64,000 nt of DNA, from contig JAUVNS010000008.1 in the NCBI GenBank assembly GCA_030599585.1, positions 9,628 to 73,627 on the forward strand. Reading direction: 5' to 3'. Both the position numbers and the translations under genes were made by a program. Under the pieces are notes generated by a model, which saw nothing but the letters and a program-made list of their open reading frames with translations, did not search any database and was not told where the DNA came from. The DNA is from Promethearchaeota archaeon. GTDB lineage: Archaea; Asgardarchaeota; Lokiarchaeia; Sigyniarchaeales; SOKP01. The first letter of the stretch is position 1. Each line of letters starts with the position of its first letter. Shown piece by piece: positions 36,878 to 46,821 of this stretch.

Positions 36878-37687
36878 GTGAAAATTATCGTTTCAATCAA
36901 GCAGGTTCCTGAGGCAGATAAAGTTGCGGTAAACCCTGAAACGGGGACTTTAATAAGAGAGGGAGTTGAATCAATTCTCAATCCATTTTGTGAGTATGCC
37001 TTAGATACGGCTGTTAAAATCCGAGATGATAATCCGGACATTGTTGTTGAAATAATAGCAATCTCAATGGGACCTCCTCAAGCAAAAATGGCGTTATTGC
37101 GTTGTTTAGAACTGGGGGCTGATAGGGCATTTCTACTGTCTGACATGGCATTTGCGGGTTCAGATGTTTGGGCAACTGCTTTAACCTTAAAAGAAGGTAT
37201 ACGGAAATTTGTACCTAATTTTGATTTGATATTATGCGGAAAGCATGCTATTGACGGAGATACGGCACAAGTTCCAGCGGAATTAGCCGAAAATTTAGGT
37301 ATTCCTCAAATTTTTTATGGAATTGATGCAAAAGTCGAAAAGAAAAAGATTAGAGTTAAAAAAGAAACCGAAAATGGTTTTCAAATCATTGAAACCCGAA
37401 CGCCAGCCTTAATAACAATTAGTAAAGGGCCATCTAATATTCGCAGACTTCCATCAATAAAAAATATAATTGAAGCACGAAATAAGCCTTTAGAGATCAT
37501 TACTGCAGATGAGTTGGACATTGAGATGGAAAAATTAGGATTAAATGGTTCTTATACACAAGTAATTAGTATCTTTGCACCACCCGTAAAAGAAACAGGA
37601 AAAATTATCGACGGTAGCGATCCTGGTAAAGCAGCCGAACAAATGATGGCATTTCTAAAGGAAAATAAATTGATAAAATTGAGGTAG
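36878..37687 (+). CDS. etfB: Electron transfer flavoprotein beta subunit
   Basis: KIIVSIKQVPE...NPFCEYALDTAVKI, CGKHAIDGDTAQV. GTG start 3 nt after the upstream stop. Confidence 0.9.
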   Translation: MKIIVSIKQVPEADKVAVNPETGTLIREGVESILNPFCEYALDTAVKIRDDNPDIVVEIIAISMGPPQAKMALLRCLELGADRAFLLSDMAFAGSDVWATALTLKEGIRKFVPNFDLILCGKHAIDGDTAQVPAELAENLGIPQIFYGIDAKVEKKKIRVKKETENGFQIIETRTPALITISKGPSNIRRLPSIKNIIEARNKPLEIITADELDIEMEKLGLNGSYTQVISIFAPPVKETGKIIDGSDPGKAAEQMMAFLKENKLIKLR

Positions 37688-37698
37688 TCTAATATAAA

Positions 37699-38913
37699 AT
37701 GCTAGAAATCAATGAAGAAAACTGCATTGGCTGTACAATCTGCGAAAAAGTCTGCCCATTTGGTGCAATATTTGTTGATCCGGAAGATAAGAAAGCCAAA
37801 GTTTTGGATACCTGTACTCTCTGCGGAGCATGCGTGAATGCATGTAGATATGATGCAATCACTATCAAACGTAAAACAGTTTCAGAGGAAGATTTAGAAA
37901 AATATAGCGGAATTATGATTTGGGGTGAATTGGAGAAAGATGAGCTCAAGAATCTACAAATAAAAAATGTGGTTTTTGAACTCTTAGGAAAAGCTCAAGA
38001 ATTAAATAAAACTCTTAATGAAACAATATCGGTTGTTATTCTCGGACCTCCGGGAAAAATACCACCGATCGATATATTATATCACTATGGAGCCGATGAA
38101 GTTTTTTTATGTGAGCACGAACTACTTGAAAATTACTCAACCGATGGTTTTACAACCGTTATTACAACGTTAATTATTAATGAGAAACCGTCAATATTTT
38201 TCTACGGTGCTACCGTTAACGGGCGTGATTTAGCACCAAGAATTGCAGCAAGAATTGCAGCTGGCTTAACCGCAGATTGTACTGCATTTGACATAAATAA
38301 AGAAAAGCAGCTTGTTCAAACACGACCTGCATTCGGGGGGAATATTATGGCTTCAATTATATCTCCATTTACAAGACCTCAAATGGCAACCGCACGACCT
38401 AATAATTTCCAAATACCTATAAAAGATACTTCCCGGAAGGGAGATCTTAAAAAATTTGAAGTTAAAATTGAAAAACAAACCATTAGAACGAAAATTATAG
38501 AAGAAACAATTTCCAAAGTTGATACAATAAACATTGAAGAAGCCGATATTCTCGTTTCTGCAGGAAAGGGAATCGGAAATAAAGAAAATCTAAAATTAGT
38601 AAAAGAATTAGCACGAGAAATAAAAGGAATAATGTCAAGCTCCCGTGCTTTAGTTGACCTAGGTTGGACATCTCATCCTATACAAGTTGGTCAATCAGGA
38701 AAAACAGTAAGCCCAAAATTATATATCGCTTTAGGAATTAGTGGAGCGATACAACATTTAGTTGGAATGAAAAGCAGCGATATATTAATTGCAATAAATA
38801 CCGATCCTGAAGCCCCAATATTTAAAGTAGCTGATTTTGGAATAGTAGGTGACATTTTTGAAATTATTCCTCAATTTCTTAAACAACTGCGTGCTGAACG
38901 AAGGAAAAATTAA
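37699..38913 (+). CDS. etfA: Electron transfer flavoprotein alpha subunit with N-terminal 2x[4Fe-4S] ferredoxin domain
   Basis: CIGCTICEKVCP and CTLCGACVNAC, followed by the EtfA core (GATVNGRDLAPRIAARIAAGLTADCT, SGAIQHLVGM, IAINTDPEAPIF). Confidence 0.9.
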   Translation: MLEINEENCIGCTICEKVCPFGAIFVDPEDKKAKVLDTCTLCGACVNACRYDAITIKRKTVSEEDLEKYSGIMIWGELEKDELKNLQIKNVVFELLGKAQELNKTLNETISVVILGPPGKIPPIDILYHYGADEVFLCEHELLENYSTDGFTTVITTLIINEKPSIFFYGATVNGRDLAPRIAARIAAGLTADCTAFDINKEKQLVQTRPAFGGNIMASIISPFTRPQMATARPNNFQIPIKDTSRKGDLKKFEVKIEKQTIRTKIIEETISKVDTINIEEADILVSAGKGIGNKENLKLVKELAREIKGIMSSSRALVDLGWTSHPIQVGQSGKTVSPKLYIALGISGAIQHLVGMKSSDILIAINTDPEAPIFKVADFGIVGDIFEIIPQFLKQLRAERRKN

Positions 38914-38956
38914 TACTTAATTTAATTTTTTAAACCTTGCAATATTTAATATTAGT

Positions 38957-39982
38957 ATGATTCCTTCAATTGAATGGACCATCGATAACAAAGTTAAGAT
39001 GATTGATCAAACTCTCCTACCGCATAAACTTGAGTTTTTAGAGTTTAACGATTTTAGATCTGTCGCAAAATCTATAAAAGTCATGAATATCAGAGGTGCT
39101 CCAGCAATAGGAGTAGCAGCTGCAATGGGAATGGCGTTAGCTACGATAGAATATAAAGAATTAGTAAAAGAGAAATTCCTTATTAAAATGGAGGACGCTG
39201 CTGATGTGATACGCAGTACAAGACCTACAGCATCTAACCTTTTTTGGGCAGTAAATAGAATCTGGAAGATAATTAAAGAATTCCCTGATAACCCATTAAA
39301 CATATCTGATCTTGTTATTGAAGAAGTAAAATTAATGGCACAAGAAGATATCAATGTTAATAAAAACATCGGTAAAAATGGTGCTGCTTTGTTGCAAGAT
39401 GGAGATGTGGTTCTAACACATTGTAACGCGGGATCTTTAGCTACAGTTCAATACGGTACGGCTTTAGCACCAATTAGAGCTGCTATCGAAATGGGAAAGG
39501 AAATAAGCGTTATTGCTGACGAGACGAGACCAAGATTACAAGGTGCAAGATTAACTGCATATGAACTTCAATACGATAACATTCCCGTAAAAGTCATATC
39601 CGATACTTCTTCTGGACTCTTGATGAGGCTTGGAAAAGTAAATAAAGTAATTGTTGGCACCGACAGAGTCACATCAGACGCAGTTTTTAATAAAATTGGA
39701 ACCTACTTAGTTGCCTTAGCTGCATTTGATAATGGAATTCCATTTTATGTTGCCGCTCCAACATCTACCTTATCTCTTCACGAAACGATTGAAGATGTTA
39801 CTATAGAGCAAAGAGATAGTAGTGAAGTAGGAAACATACTTGGAAAAGTGCAAATCATCCCTAATGGTGTTGAATGCTTAAATTATGCGTTCGATATAAC
39901 TCCCTTTAGATTAGTATCTGGCGTTATTACGGAAGACGGAGTTTTTACACCAGAAGAGTTATTAAAAAAGTATAAAGATTGA
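38957..39982 (+). CDS. mtnA: Methylthioribose-1-phosphate isomerase (eIF-2B alpha/beta/delta-like family)
   Basis: IDQTLLPH...IRGAPAIGVAAAMG, THCNAGSLAT, GTDRV. Confidence 0.85.
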   Translation: MIPSIEWTIDNKVKMIDQTLLPHKLEFLEFNDFRSVAKSIKVMNIRGAPAIGVAAAMGMALATIEYKELVKEKFLIKMEDAADVIRSTRPTASNLFWAVNRIWKIIKEFPDNPLNISDLVIEEVKLMAQEDINVNKNIGKNGAALLQDGDVVLTHCNAGSLATVQYGTALAPIRAAIEMGKEISVIADETRPRLQGARLTAYELQYDNIPVKVISDTSSGLLMRLGKVNKVIVGTDRVTSDAVFNKIGTYLVALAAFDNGIPFYVAAPTSTLSLHETIEDVTIEQRDSSEVGNILGKVQIIPNGVECLNYAFDITPFRLVSGVITEDGVFTPEELLKKYKD

Positions 39983-40030
39983 CATTAATTTACTTTAAAT
40001 AGTTATTTAAAAACTTAAAAGGTTAACATA

Positions 40031-40279
40031 ATGGCGCTTAGTGAAAAACAAAAAGATACTCTCTTTAAGGTATTTCTTTTTGGTATAATTGAATTCATTT
40101 GTTTTGTTGTCTTTATTACAATTTCTGGACTCGCAGGTCATTTCTCTTGGACAATTGAACAATTAACTACCACTCCAATGGGAATGGTCATACAGATAGT
40201 CAATCTTATTATAGTCGTTGATGGAATAGTTATGTTTTTGTATTTTCTTGCCTTTATCATAATGTTTATAGCGGGTTAA
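40031..40279 (+). CDS. Small two-TM membrane protein (hypothetical)
   Basis: 82-aa ORF with two long hydrophobic segments. Its stop overlaps the stop of the convergent dus gene (TTAA). Confidence 0.4.
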   Translation: MALSEKQKDTLFKVFLFGIIEFICFVVFITISGLAGHFSWTIEQLTTTPMGMVIQIVNLIIVVDGIVMFLYFLAFIIMFIAG

Positions 40280-41262
40280 TTCAAACTATTGATTATTTGA
40301 TGTAATTCCTCTAAGCTTTTTGTTTTTGAAATTTGTGTTCTTAAGCTAATTGAGTCTTGAATGTTTTTTATAAACCATATTGCATTTCTTCTCAATTCCA
40401 TAAACTTAAATTTCTCGTGTGAAAAAGGCATATCGATTATATCGTCTAAATACTCATCCACACATTCCTCGTACAACTTGAAATATTTTCTCACTTTGAA
40501 GAAACTATTTTCGAGATTAGACTCTATTCCCTTTGTAAGATATTGATTAATTTGTTGAAAGATTTCGGGATTTCCCATTGAAGCTCTTCCAACCATAAGG
40601 GCGTCAACATTTGTAATTTCTAAAAATTTTTCCGCTGTTAACCCTCCCTCAATATTTCCATTTCCAACCACAGGAATCTTGACTAAAGATTTTATTTTCT
40701 TTATAGTATTAAGGTCAAGGGTTGAGTCAAGGTATCGGCCTTTTACTGTTCTTCCATGAATTGTTAGGAAGTCAATACCTGAACGATTTACAATATCAGC
40801 TATTCTTTCGATATTATTTGTATTATTAAAACCAGTTCTCATTTTAAGCGAAACTGGTCGCGAAGAATATTTTATCGAAGTTTTGAGCAAAGTTTCCAAT
40901 TCATCGAGATTCTTGAGGAGATAGCCACCTTCTTTAGCTTTTATCGCTCTTCTGGAAGGACAACCCGCATTGATATCTAAAACATCAAAACTATAGCTTT
41001 CCAGAAAGTCGATGGAACTTTTTAACGCGTCTAAATCTGAACCAATTAATTGTACACTTACCGGTCTTTCTTCCTCAATTTTGTGTAAAAATCTCAAGAC
41101 AGTTCGGGAATGAGTTTCAATCCTTTTAGTATAAAGCATTGGAACGCTAACTAGCCCAATATTACCGAATTTCCTACAAAACAGTCTAAATGGCGCTGTA
41201 GATACTTGTAGCATTGGGGCTAAAATTAAGTTATTTTCTAAAAAGAGCGTTCCTAATTTCAT
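40276..41262 (-). CDS. dus: tRNA-dihydrouridine synthase
   Basis: LAPMLQVSTAPFR, DINAGCPSRR (catalytic Cys), HGRT, GNG motifs. Confidence 0.85.
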   Translation of the reverse strand: MKLGTLFLENNLILAPMLQVSTAPFRLFCRKFGNIGLVSVPMLYTKRIETHSRTVLRFLHKIEEERPVSVQLIGSDLDALKSSIDFLESYSFDVLDINAGCPSRRAIKAKEGGYLLKNLDELETLLKTSIKYSSRPVSLKMRTGFNNTNNIERIADIVNRSGIDFLTIHGRTVKGRYLDSTLDLNTIKKIKSLVKIPVVGNGNIEGGLTAEKFLEITNVDALMVGRASMGNPEIFQQINQYLTKGIESNLENSFFKVRKYFKLYEECVDEYLDDIIDMPFSHEKFKFMELRRNAIWFIKNIQDSISLRTQISKTKSLEELHQIINSLN

Positions 41263-41406
41263 TTTATTTGTAAAGTATTATTTTCTTATCTTTTACTTTT
41301 CATAAACAAGAATTTTTTAAGAAACTTCAATTTTACTAAAATAGTAAGAATAAGTTTAATCTATATTACTAAAGAACTATATCACATTATCGAAAAATTG
41401 CTTAAA

Positions 41407-41910
41407 ATGTCAACTAACTTAAAGGAGTACGTTTTCAAGTTAAAACCAACTGAAATTACATATTTGGATAAAGATCCATTAAAATTAAACAAAGATTTTA
41501 TTTTCTTTCACAATAAAATAAAATTTAGGAAGGAAATTACTCAATTACAAAATCTATTCAATAATTATACAAAAATTGCGCTTCAAGCTTCTGGAATACG
41601 CGATTCATATTTAAAGGAAGAGTTTTCAGAAGCCTTCTATATCATTGTTTTTACTACGCACGATGTGGTAAGAAAAACAAATGAAATTATTGGACCTCAT
41701 AGTCATATCGAATTAAATAAAGGATGTTATTATCTAGAATCGACACCTGAGTATATTCTTTTGCTTGCAAAAGATCTTGCTGGGATTAAATCTGGAGTAA
41801 TTACATTGGAAGACATTTTTCATCAAACTTTTGAAGATTATTTCGCTCAGAAAAATAATGATGATTATGTAAAAATTAGATCGTTTAAGCTTTTCAATTG
41901 TATTGAATAA
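41407..41910 (+). CDS. Hypothetical protein
   Basis: About 167-aa ORF from the first ATG (the ORF opens at TTG 41398). No family recognised. Confidence 0.4.
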   Translation: MSTNLKEYVFKLKPTEITYLDKDPLKLNKDFIFFHNKIKFRKEITQLQNLFNNYTKIALQASGIRDSYLKEEFSEAFYIIVFTTHDVVRKTNEIIGPHSHIELNKGCYYLESTPEYILLLAKDLAGIKSGVITLEDIFHQTFEDYFAQKNNDDYVKIRSFKLFNCIE

Positions 41911-41950
41911 TTTGCTTACTAAATCTAAGAAATTTAATATAAAGAAGTAA

Positions 41951-43672
41951 TTATTTTACAAATTGCCACGGTTTTTGTTTTCTGAGGTTATACGCTTTTT
42001 TAGCGTATTCTTTCATCATCCGATTAGTGTTGAAAAAAGCTGTTAAAGCTATAGCATTCTTACTTCTAAACAACCAATCTTCGTGGTTTAAATAAGTTGG
42101 AATAATTTCGTTTTCGAGAATCTCATATATTGCCTTCGAATCAATATCCCAATCATTAGAAACTCCCGGATCATTTGGTTTTGAGTCGTCAGGACCAATT
42201 GCCCAACCCGCCATAGGATTCTTATGGTATCCTTCTAACCACCAACCATCTTGAACGCTAAAGTTTAAAACACCATTTAATGCTGCCTTCATACCACTGG
42301 TGCCACTTGCTTCGCGATATCTCTCAGGAGTATTTAGCCAGATGTCACATCCAGATACTAACATATGAGATAGATCCATATTATAATTTTCCATCATCAC
42401 AACCTTTACTCCGTAATTATCATAAAGGTATTCACCAGATTTATAGATTTCCTTAATATAATCCTTTCCCATTGTGTCCTGGGGGTGTGCTTTTCCAGCA
42501 AATATGAATTGAATTTTGTCTTTGCAAATACTCCCAAGTCTATCAATATCCTCAAATATTAAAGTAGCTCTTTTATAGGTAGCGAATCGTCGAGCAAATC
42601 CTATAGTAATGCGTTCCTCGTCTAAAAGATTCCAACTATGTCCCTTCTGATAACTTATTAGATTAAATTTATTTTCGATATGTGCGTCAAATATGTCCAA
42701 GTCATCAAGTTCAATTGCATTTTGAAGAATCGACGGATTTGCTTTCCAATTAGGCCATTTTTTATCAAAGATTTGACGAAATGGTCGACTAACCCAATAT
42801 CCTAAATGAATCCCGTTTGTAATAGAATCGACTTCATACTGAGGAAACATTTTTCTGGAAATATCACCGTGTTTTTTTGCGACCCCATTCCTATATCGAG
42901 AAAGCCCCATCCCTAGATATGTCATGTTAAATTGGCCATTATCTTCAGCAATTTTGCTTATTTCAGAAGGCATCCTATGTTCAAATACCTTATTTACCAA
43001 ATCTTTATCGAATCTATCGTGTCCTGCTGGTACAGGAGTGTGAGTTGTGAATACAACCTTATCCCGAACTTTGTCAAGATCTCCGTTTAACATGTCATAT
43101 AGTTCCACTATAGAAAAAGAACCGTGTCCTTCGTTTAGATGGTAGGTTTCTATGTTGTTATATCCTTGAGAATTTAGAAGTTTCACGCCCCCAATTCCGA
43201 GTATCATTTCCTGTACAATTCTATTCCAGCGAGATGTGGAATCGTATAAGGAACCCGTCATTTTTTTCATCCAATCTTCGTTGCCTTCTATATCTGTTGT
43301 TAATAAGTAAATCGGTAGTATGTGACCTGATTGACCTATTACTCGGTATAGCCAAGCAGATACTAAAACTTCTTTATCTTCAATTTTTATCTTTATTGGG
43401 TTTTCAATTTTTTCAAACTCGTAAAAAAAGTTCCACTCAATTTCTTTTTCTTTTTGCTCACCATTTTCATTAAAGAACTGATAAAAATAACCTGAGCTGT
43501 AGCATAAGCACAAACCTACCATGGGCAGCTCTAAATCTGCTGCAGCTCGAACAGTATCACCAGATAATACTCCCAATCCGCCACTATAAGTTGGAATGTT
43601 TGAATCTACAGCGATTTCCATAGAAATATATGCAACTTTAGTACTACTTTTTAAATCTTTGTCAACTTCCAT
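41951..43672 (-). CDS. glgP: Alpha-glucan phosphorylase (GT35, short archaeal type)
   Basis: AYISMEIA...YSGGLGVLSGD, FTTHTPV, PLP-lysine region EASGTSGMKAALNG. Confidence 0.9.
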   Translation of the reverse strand: MEVDKDLKSSTKVAYISMEIAVDSNIPTYSGGLGVLSGDTVRAAADLELPMVGLCLCYSSGYFYQFFNENGEQKEKEIEWNFFYEFEKIENPIKIKIEDKEVLVSAWLYRVIGQSGHILPIYLLTTDIEGNEDWMKKMTGSLYDSTSRWNRIVQEMILGIGGVKLLNSQGYNNIETYHLNEGHGSFSIVELYDMLNGDLDKVRDKVVFTTHTPVPAGHDRFDKDLVNKVFEHRMPSEISKIAEDNGQFNMTYLGMGLSRYRNGVAKKHGDISRKMFPQYEVDSITNGIHLGYWVSRPFRQIFDKKWPNWKANPSILQNAIELDDLDIFDAHIENKFNLISYQKGHSWNLLDEERITIGFARRFATYKRATLIFEDIDRLGSICKDKIQFIFAGKAHPQDTMGKDYIKEIYKSGEYLYDNYGVKVVMMENYNMDLSHMLVSGCDIWLNTPERYREASGTSGMKAALNGVLNFSVQDGWWLEGYHKNPMAGWAIGPDDSKPNDPGVSNDWDIDSKAIYEILENEIIPTYLNHEDWLFRSKNAIALTAFFNTNRMMKEYAKKAYNLRKQKPWQFVK

Positions 43673-43868
43673 AATTCATCATTTCTCTTATGGTTTTTAA
43701 TTTAGAATTGCGATTTCTCCTATTTAATACTATCTATATTATTTTTAACACTCTTGTTTTAAAATCTTATGTTAAAAAGAATAGTATGTAAGTTTTAATC
43801 TAGTAAGTATTATTTTAGGCTTAAAGTTAGGGATTGTCAGTAAAATAAAAAGAGTATTTAAATCATAG

Positions 43869-44240
43869 CTAATCTTCATCAAGTTTTACCGTTGGACTTT
43901 CAAGTTTAATTTTCTTTGAAATTCCGTGAGGATCCAATCCTTTAAGATCTAAAGCATCTAATTTTTTCATAAAATCTTTATTTTCAAAAGTAGGAATTTT
44001 AGTTATAAGGTTTGGCACAGGTAATGGATTTATGATATTTGGCCTTAATATTGTATTATTTTTTGTGAGGTATTCTTCACTTTGTTTTTTTTTTTCAATA
44101 TAATTTTTAAAGAATGGATTTCCGGGCCTTAAATTTTCGATTTTGACAGAATTTTTAGCTATTGGAGTGTTAGGGATAGTAGATTTCGATATTCGGCAAA
44201 TAGGGCAGTTATTATTATCCAAACCGTGTATACATGACAT
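43869..44240 (-). CDS. Hypothetical protein with N-terminal Zn-knuckle
   Basis: MSCIHGLDNNNCPICR (C-x-H-x7-C-x2-C) followed by a Pro/Asn/Lys-rich low-complexity region. Confidence 0.4.
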   Translation of the reverse strand: MSCIHGLDNNNCPICRISKSTIPNTPIAKNSVKIENLRPGNPFFKNYIEKKKQSEEYLTKNNTILRPNIINPLPVPNLITKIPTFENKDFMKKLDALDLKGLDPHGISKKIKLESPTVKLDED

Positions 44241-44336
44241 TTTATATCACTATTTTTAATTTGACTACTGAATTGTTTAAATTAATTTTATCTTATATTT
44301 TTTTTTATAATATATAATAAAACATGAATTAATTTT

Positions 44337-45428
44337 ATGGGGATAGTTATGACTAATAATTTTCTTAAAGAAATTAAATCTCAACCTCAAGCGTTAGAAG
44401 ATACCTTAAAATATATCATAGGCGATGGTAGACCTCAATTTTTAAAGATTAGAGATTTTATAAAAAAAGGAGGGATAACTAAATTAATTTTTACAGGTAT
44501 GGGTTCAAATTACATCAGTTCATACCTGCCATATTATATATTGAACCAATACGGAATTGCTGTTGAAATGCGAGAGGCAGGAGAATTCTTGTTTAATACT
44601 TTTCCACGAGTTAAGCAAACCTGCTTTAAGGATACAGGAATCATAATAATCTCTCCGTCTGGTGATTCTGAAGTAATCCGGGAGCTCCTAAGAGATATTA
44701 ATACTATATCTATAGAGAATAAACCATTAACGATTGGTATCACTAATAATCCGGAAAGTTATCTTGCTTACATGACCGAATTGCAAATTTTAATGAATTT
44801 TGACGAAGAAGTTTCGGTCACTTCAAAGAGTTATGTGTGTACTCTGCTAATGCTTTACATAATGGCCAAAACTATTATAGGAGAATTTTTTACCTCTGAA
44901 GAAGAAAAACAAGGCGTAGAAGAGGTTTTAAGGGAAATTAGAGGTTTATTGCAGAACCAAAAACAAATTAACAAACTTTGGAAAGACTTTGTACCTGTTT
45001 TTGGAGAAAAGATTGATTTTTTAGAATTTCTCTCGAGAGGTTCTTCACTTACGACTGCTCATCAAGCGGCTTTAAATTTTAAGGAAATTGTTAAATCTTA
45101 TTCGGAAGCAAATTCTATATCAACTTTTGAACATGGGAGTATAGAATGCTTAAACGAAAATACGAATTTAGTAATTCTCTCGTCTGATAAAGACAATTTT
45201 GATTTGAATGTTCAATTTATTGAAAATCTAGTAAAAAAATGGGCATTTGGGAAATTACTACATATTACCAATCAAGATTTTGATGAGAGAGTAAAAAAAT
45301 TACACGATAACTCCAAAATTTTTACATACAAGCATGGAATTAAAGATCCACACCTCGCACCTATTATGGAAATAATTGTTCTCCAACTAATTTTTTACAA
45401 GATTGCAGAAAAAAAGGGAATTGATTAG
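44337..45428 (+). CDS. SIS-domain sugar phosphate isomerase/aminotransferase-like protein (two SIS domains)
   Basis: LIFTGMGSNYISS and IIISPSGDS in SIS-1, a second SIS-like half. GlmS-C/AgaS-like architecture. Confidence 0.7.
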   Translation: MGIVMTNNFLKEIKSQPQALEDTLKYIIGDGRPQFLKIRDFIKKGGITKLIFTGMGSNYISSYLPYYILNQYGIAVEMREAGEFLFNTFPRVKQTCFKDTGIIIISPSGDSEVIRELLRDINTISIENKPLTIGITNNPESYLAYMTELQILMNFDEEVSVTSKSYVCTLLMLYIMAKTIIGEFFTSEEEKQGVEEVLREIRGLLQNQKQINKLWKDFVPVFGEKIDFLEFLSRGSSLTTAHQAALNFKEIVKSYSEANSISTFEHGSIECLNENTNLVILSSDKDNFDLNVQFIENLVKKWAFGKLLHITNQDFDERVKKLHDNSKIFTYKHGIKDPHLAPIMEIIVLQLIFYKIAEKKGID

Positions 45429-45494
45429 AAAAATTAAGATATTATCATAAATTATGAGTAAATATCAATTAATTCTTCTCAGTCATTAGGAAAT

Positions 45495-46754
45495 ATGCAA
45501 TCAACCGCTTCATCACAATCATTTAAAAATTATCTTTTCTTTTGGTCAGGTCAGCTTTTTTCGTTGCTAGGTTCTACTATTGTTCAATTTGTAATAATTT
45601 GGTGGATTACCGTTGAAACTCAGGATCTTACAATTATCTCAGTGGCAGCCTTCTTCTCATTTCTCCCACAATTCGTTTTTGGGCCATTAGCAGGTGTGTT
45701 TGCAGATCGCTGGAATAGAAAAATCATGATAGGGCTCTCTGATTTCTTTCAAGCTATCACGACTTTTAGCTTAGTATTATTGTTTTTTTTTGATATTCAA
45801 GAAGTCTGGATGATTATTTTAATAAACAGTTTCAGAGGATTATTTCAAGGATTTCATTGGCCTGCAGTAAACGCTATAATTCCTTTAATGATACCAAAGG
45901 AACATTTAAGCAGGATGAACGCTATTAATTATATTTTCACAGGTTTAGTTAATACTATGGGACCTGTTATTGCAGGTACTTTCCTATTAATCTTACCAAT
46001 AGATCAAATTTTATGGGTTGACATTTTGACTTTTCTTTTTGCTATTGTACCTCTTTTATTAATAAAAATACCTCCACTCCCTAAAAAAGAAAATATCAAA
46101 AAAGAAAAGTCTTATATCGGAGAATTTAAGAACGGATTGAAAGCAATCAAAATTGTTCCAGGTTTGCTTACTCTCCTTTTTGTAGCAACAATTTTGAATT
46201 TTCTCGGAAACCCTTATGGTACTTTAATGGTATATTATGTAGAAGTGACACATTTTGGGACTGTTGAGAACACAGCTATCGTCCTTGCTTCAATCCAAGC
46301 AGGAATGTTCGTTGGGGCTATCATCGTCGTTATCAAAAAAGTCTGGAAGAGAAAGATATTAATCATATTTCTGGGCATTTTTGTAGGGGAAATCGGTCAT
46401 TTGATATTATCCTTCGCTCCGCCACAAAATTTCCTCGTTATAAGTATTGGTGGTTTTATCTTTGCGTTTATTGTTCCTTTTGTTAACACCATGTTTTTAA
46501 CGATTCTGCAGACAGTAATCCCTCCAGATAAGCAAGGTCGGGTCATGTCAAATGTGATTACTATAGTTACGTTAGTATCACCGTTAGCGATGATAATTTC
46601 AGGGCCGCTAGCAGAGGTAATAGGCATCACGACTCTTTTTATGTTAAGTTCGTCTTTAAATATCCTATTTATCGCAATTGTTTGGTTGTTTTCTAATATC
46701 AAAAACACAGATTACGATAGAGTATATGAATTAGATGAGAATAATAATAATTAA
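45495..46754 (+). CDS. MFS transporter (EntS/MFS_3-like)
   Basis: FKNYLFFWSGQLFSLLGS, GVFADRWNRK loop motif, 12 TMs. Confidence 0.85.
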   Translation: MQSTASSQSFKNYLFFWSGQLFSLLGSTIVQFVIIWWITVETQDLTIISVAAFFSFLPQFVFGPLAGVFADRWNRKIMIGLSDFFQAITTFSLVLLFFFDIQEVWMIILINSFRGLFQGFHWPAVNAIIPLMIPKEHLSRMNAINYIFTGLVNTMGPVIAGTFLLILPIDQILWVDILTFLFAIVPLLLIKIPPLPKKENIKKEKSYIGEFKNGLKAIKIVPGLLTLLFVATILNFLGNPYGTLMVYYVEVTHFGTVENTAIVLASIQAGMFVGAIIVVIKKVWKRKILIIFLGIFVGEIGHLILSFAPPQNFLVISIGGFIFAFIVPFVNTMFLTILQTVIPPDKQGRVMSNVITIVTLVSPLAMIISGPLAEVIGITTLFMLSSSLNILFIAIVWLFSNIKNTDYDRVYELDENNNN

Positions 46755-46821
46755 AATAGTTTTTAAAAAAAGTCTTTTTAATTATTTTATACATTCCAAT
46801 ATTAACTTTTTTTGAAAAAAG

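Noticed and set aside
36676-37041. 121-aa antisense ORF across the oxidase/etfB junction; similar antisense ORFs at 37689-37949, 39007-39369, 46397-46708, 57406-57771, 56404-56661
   Set aside because: All are antisense to genes with strong family signatures. They are rich in Ser/Leu/Ile codons, typical of reverse-complement frames.
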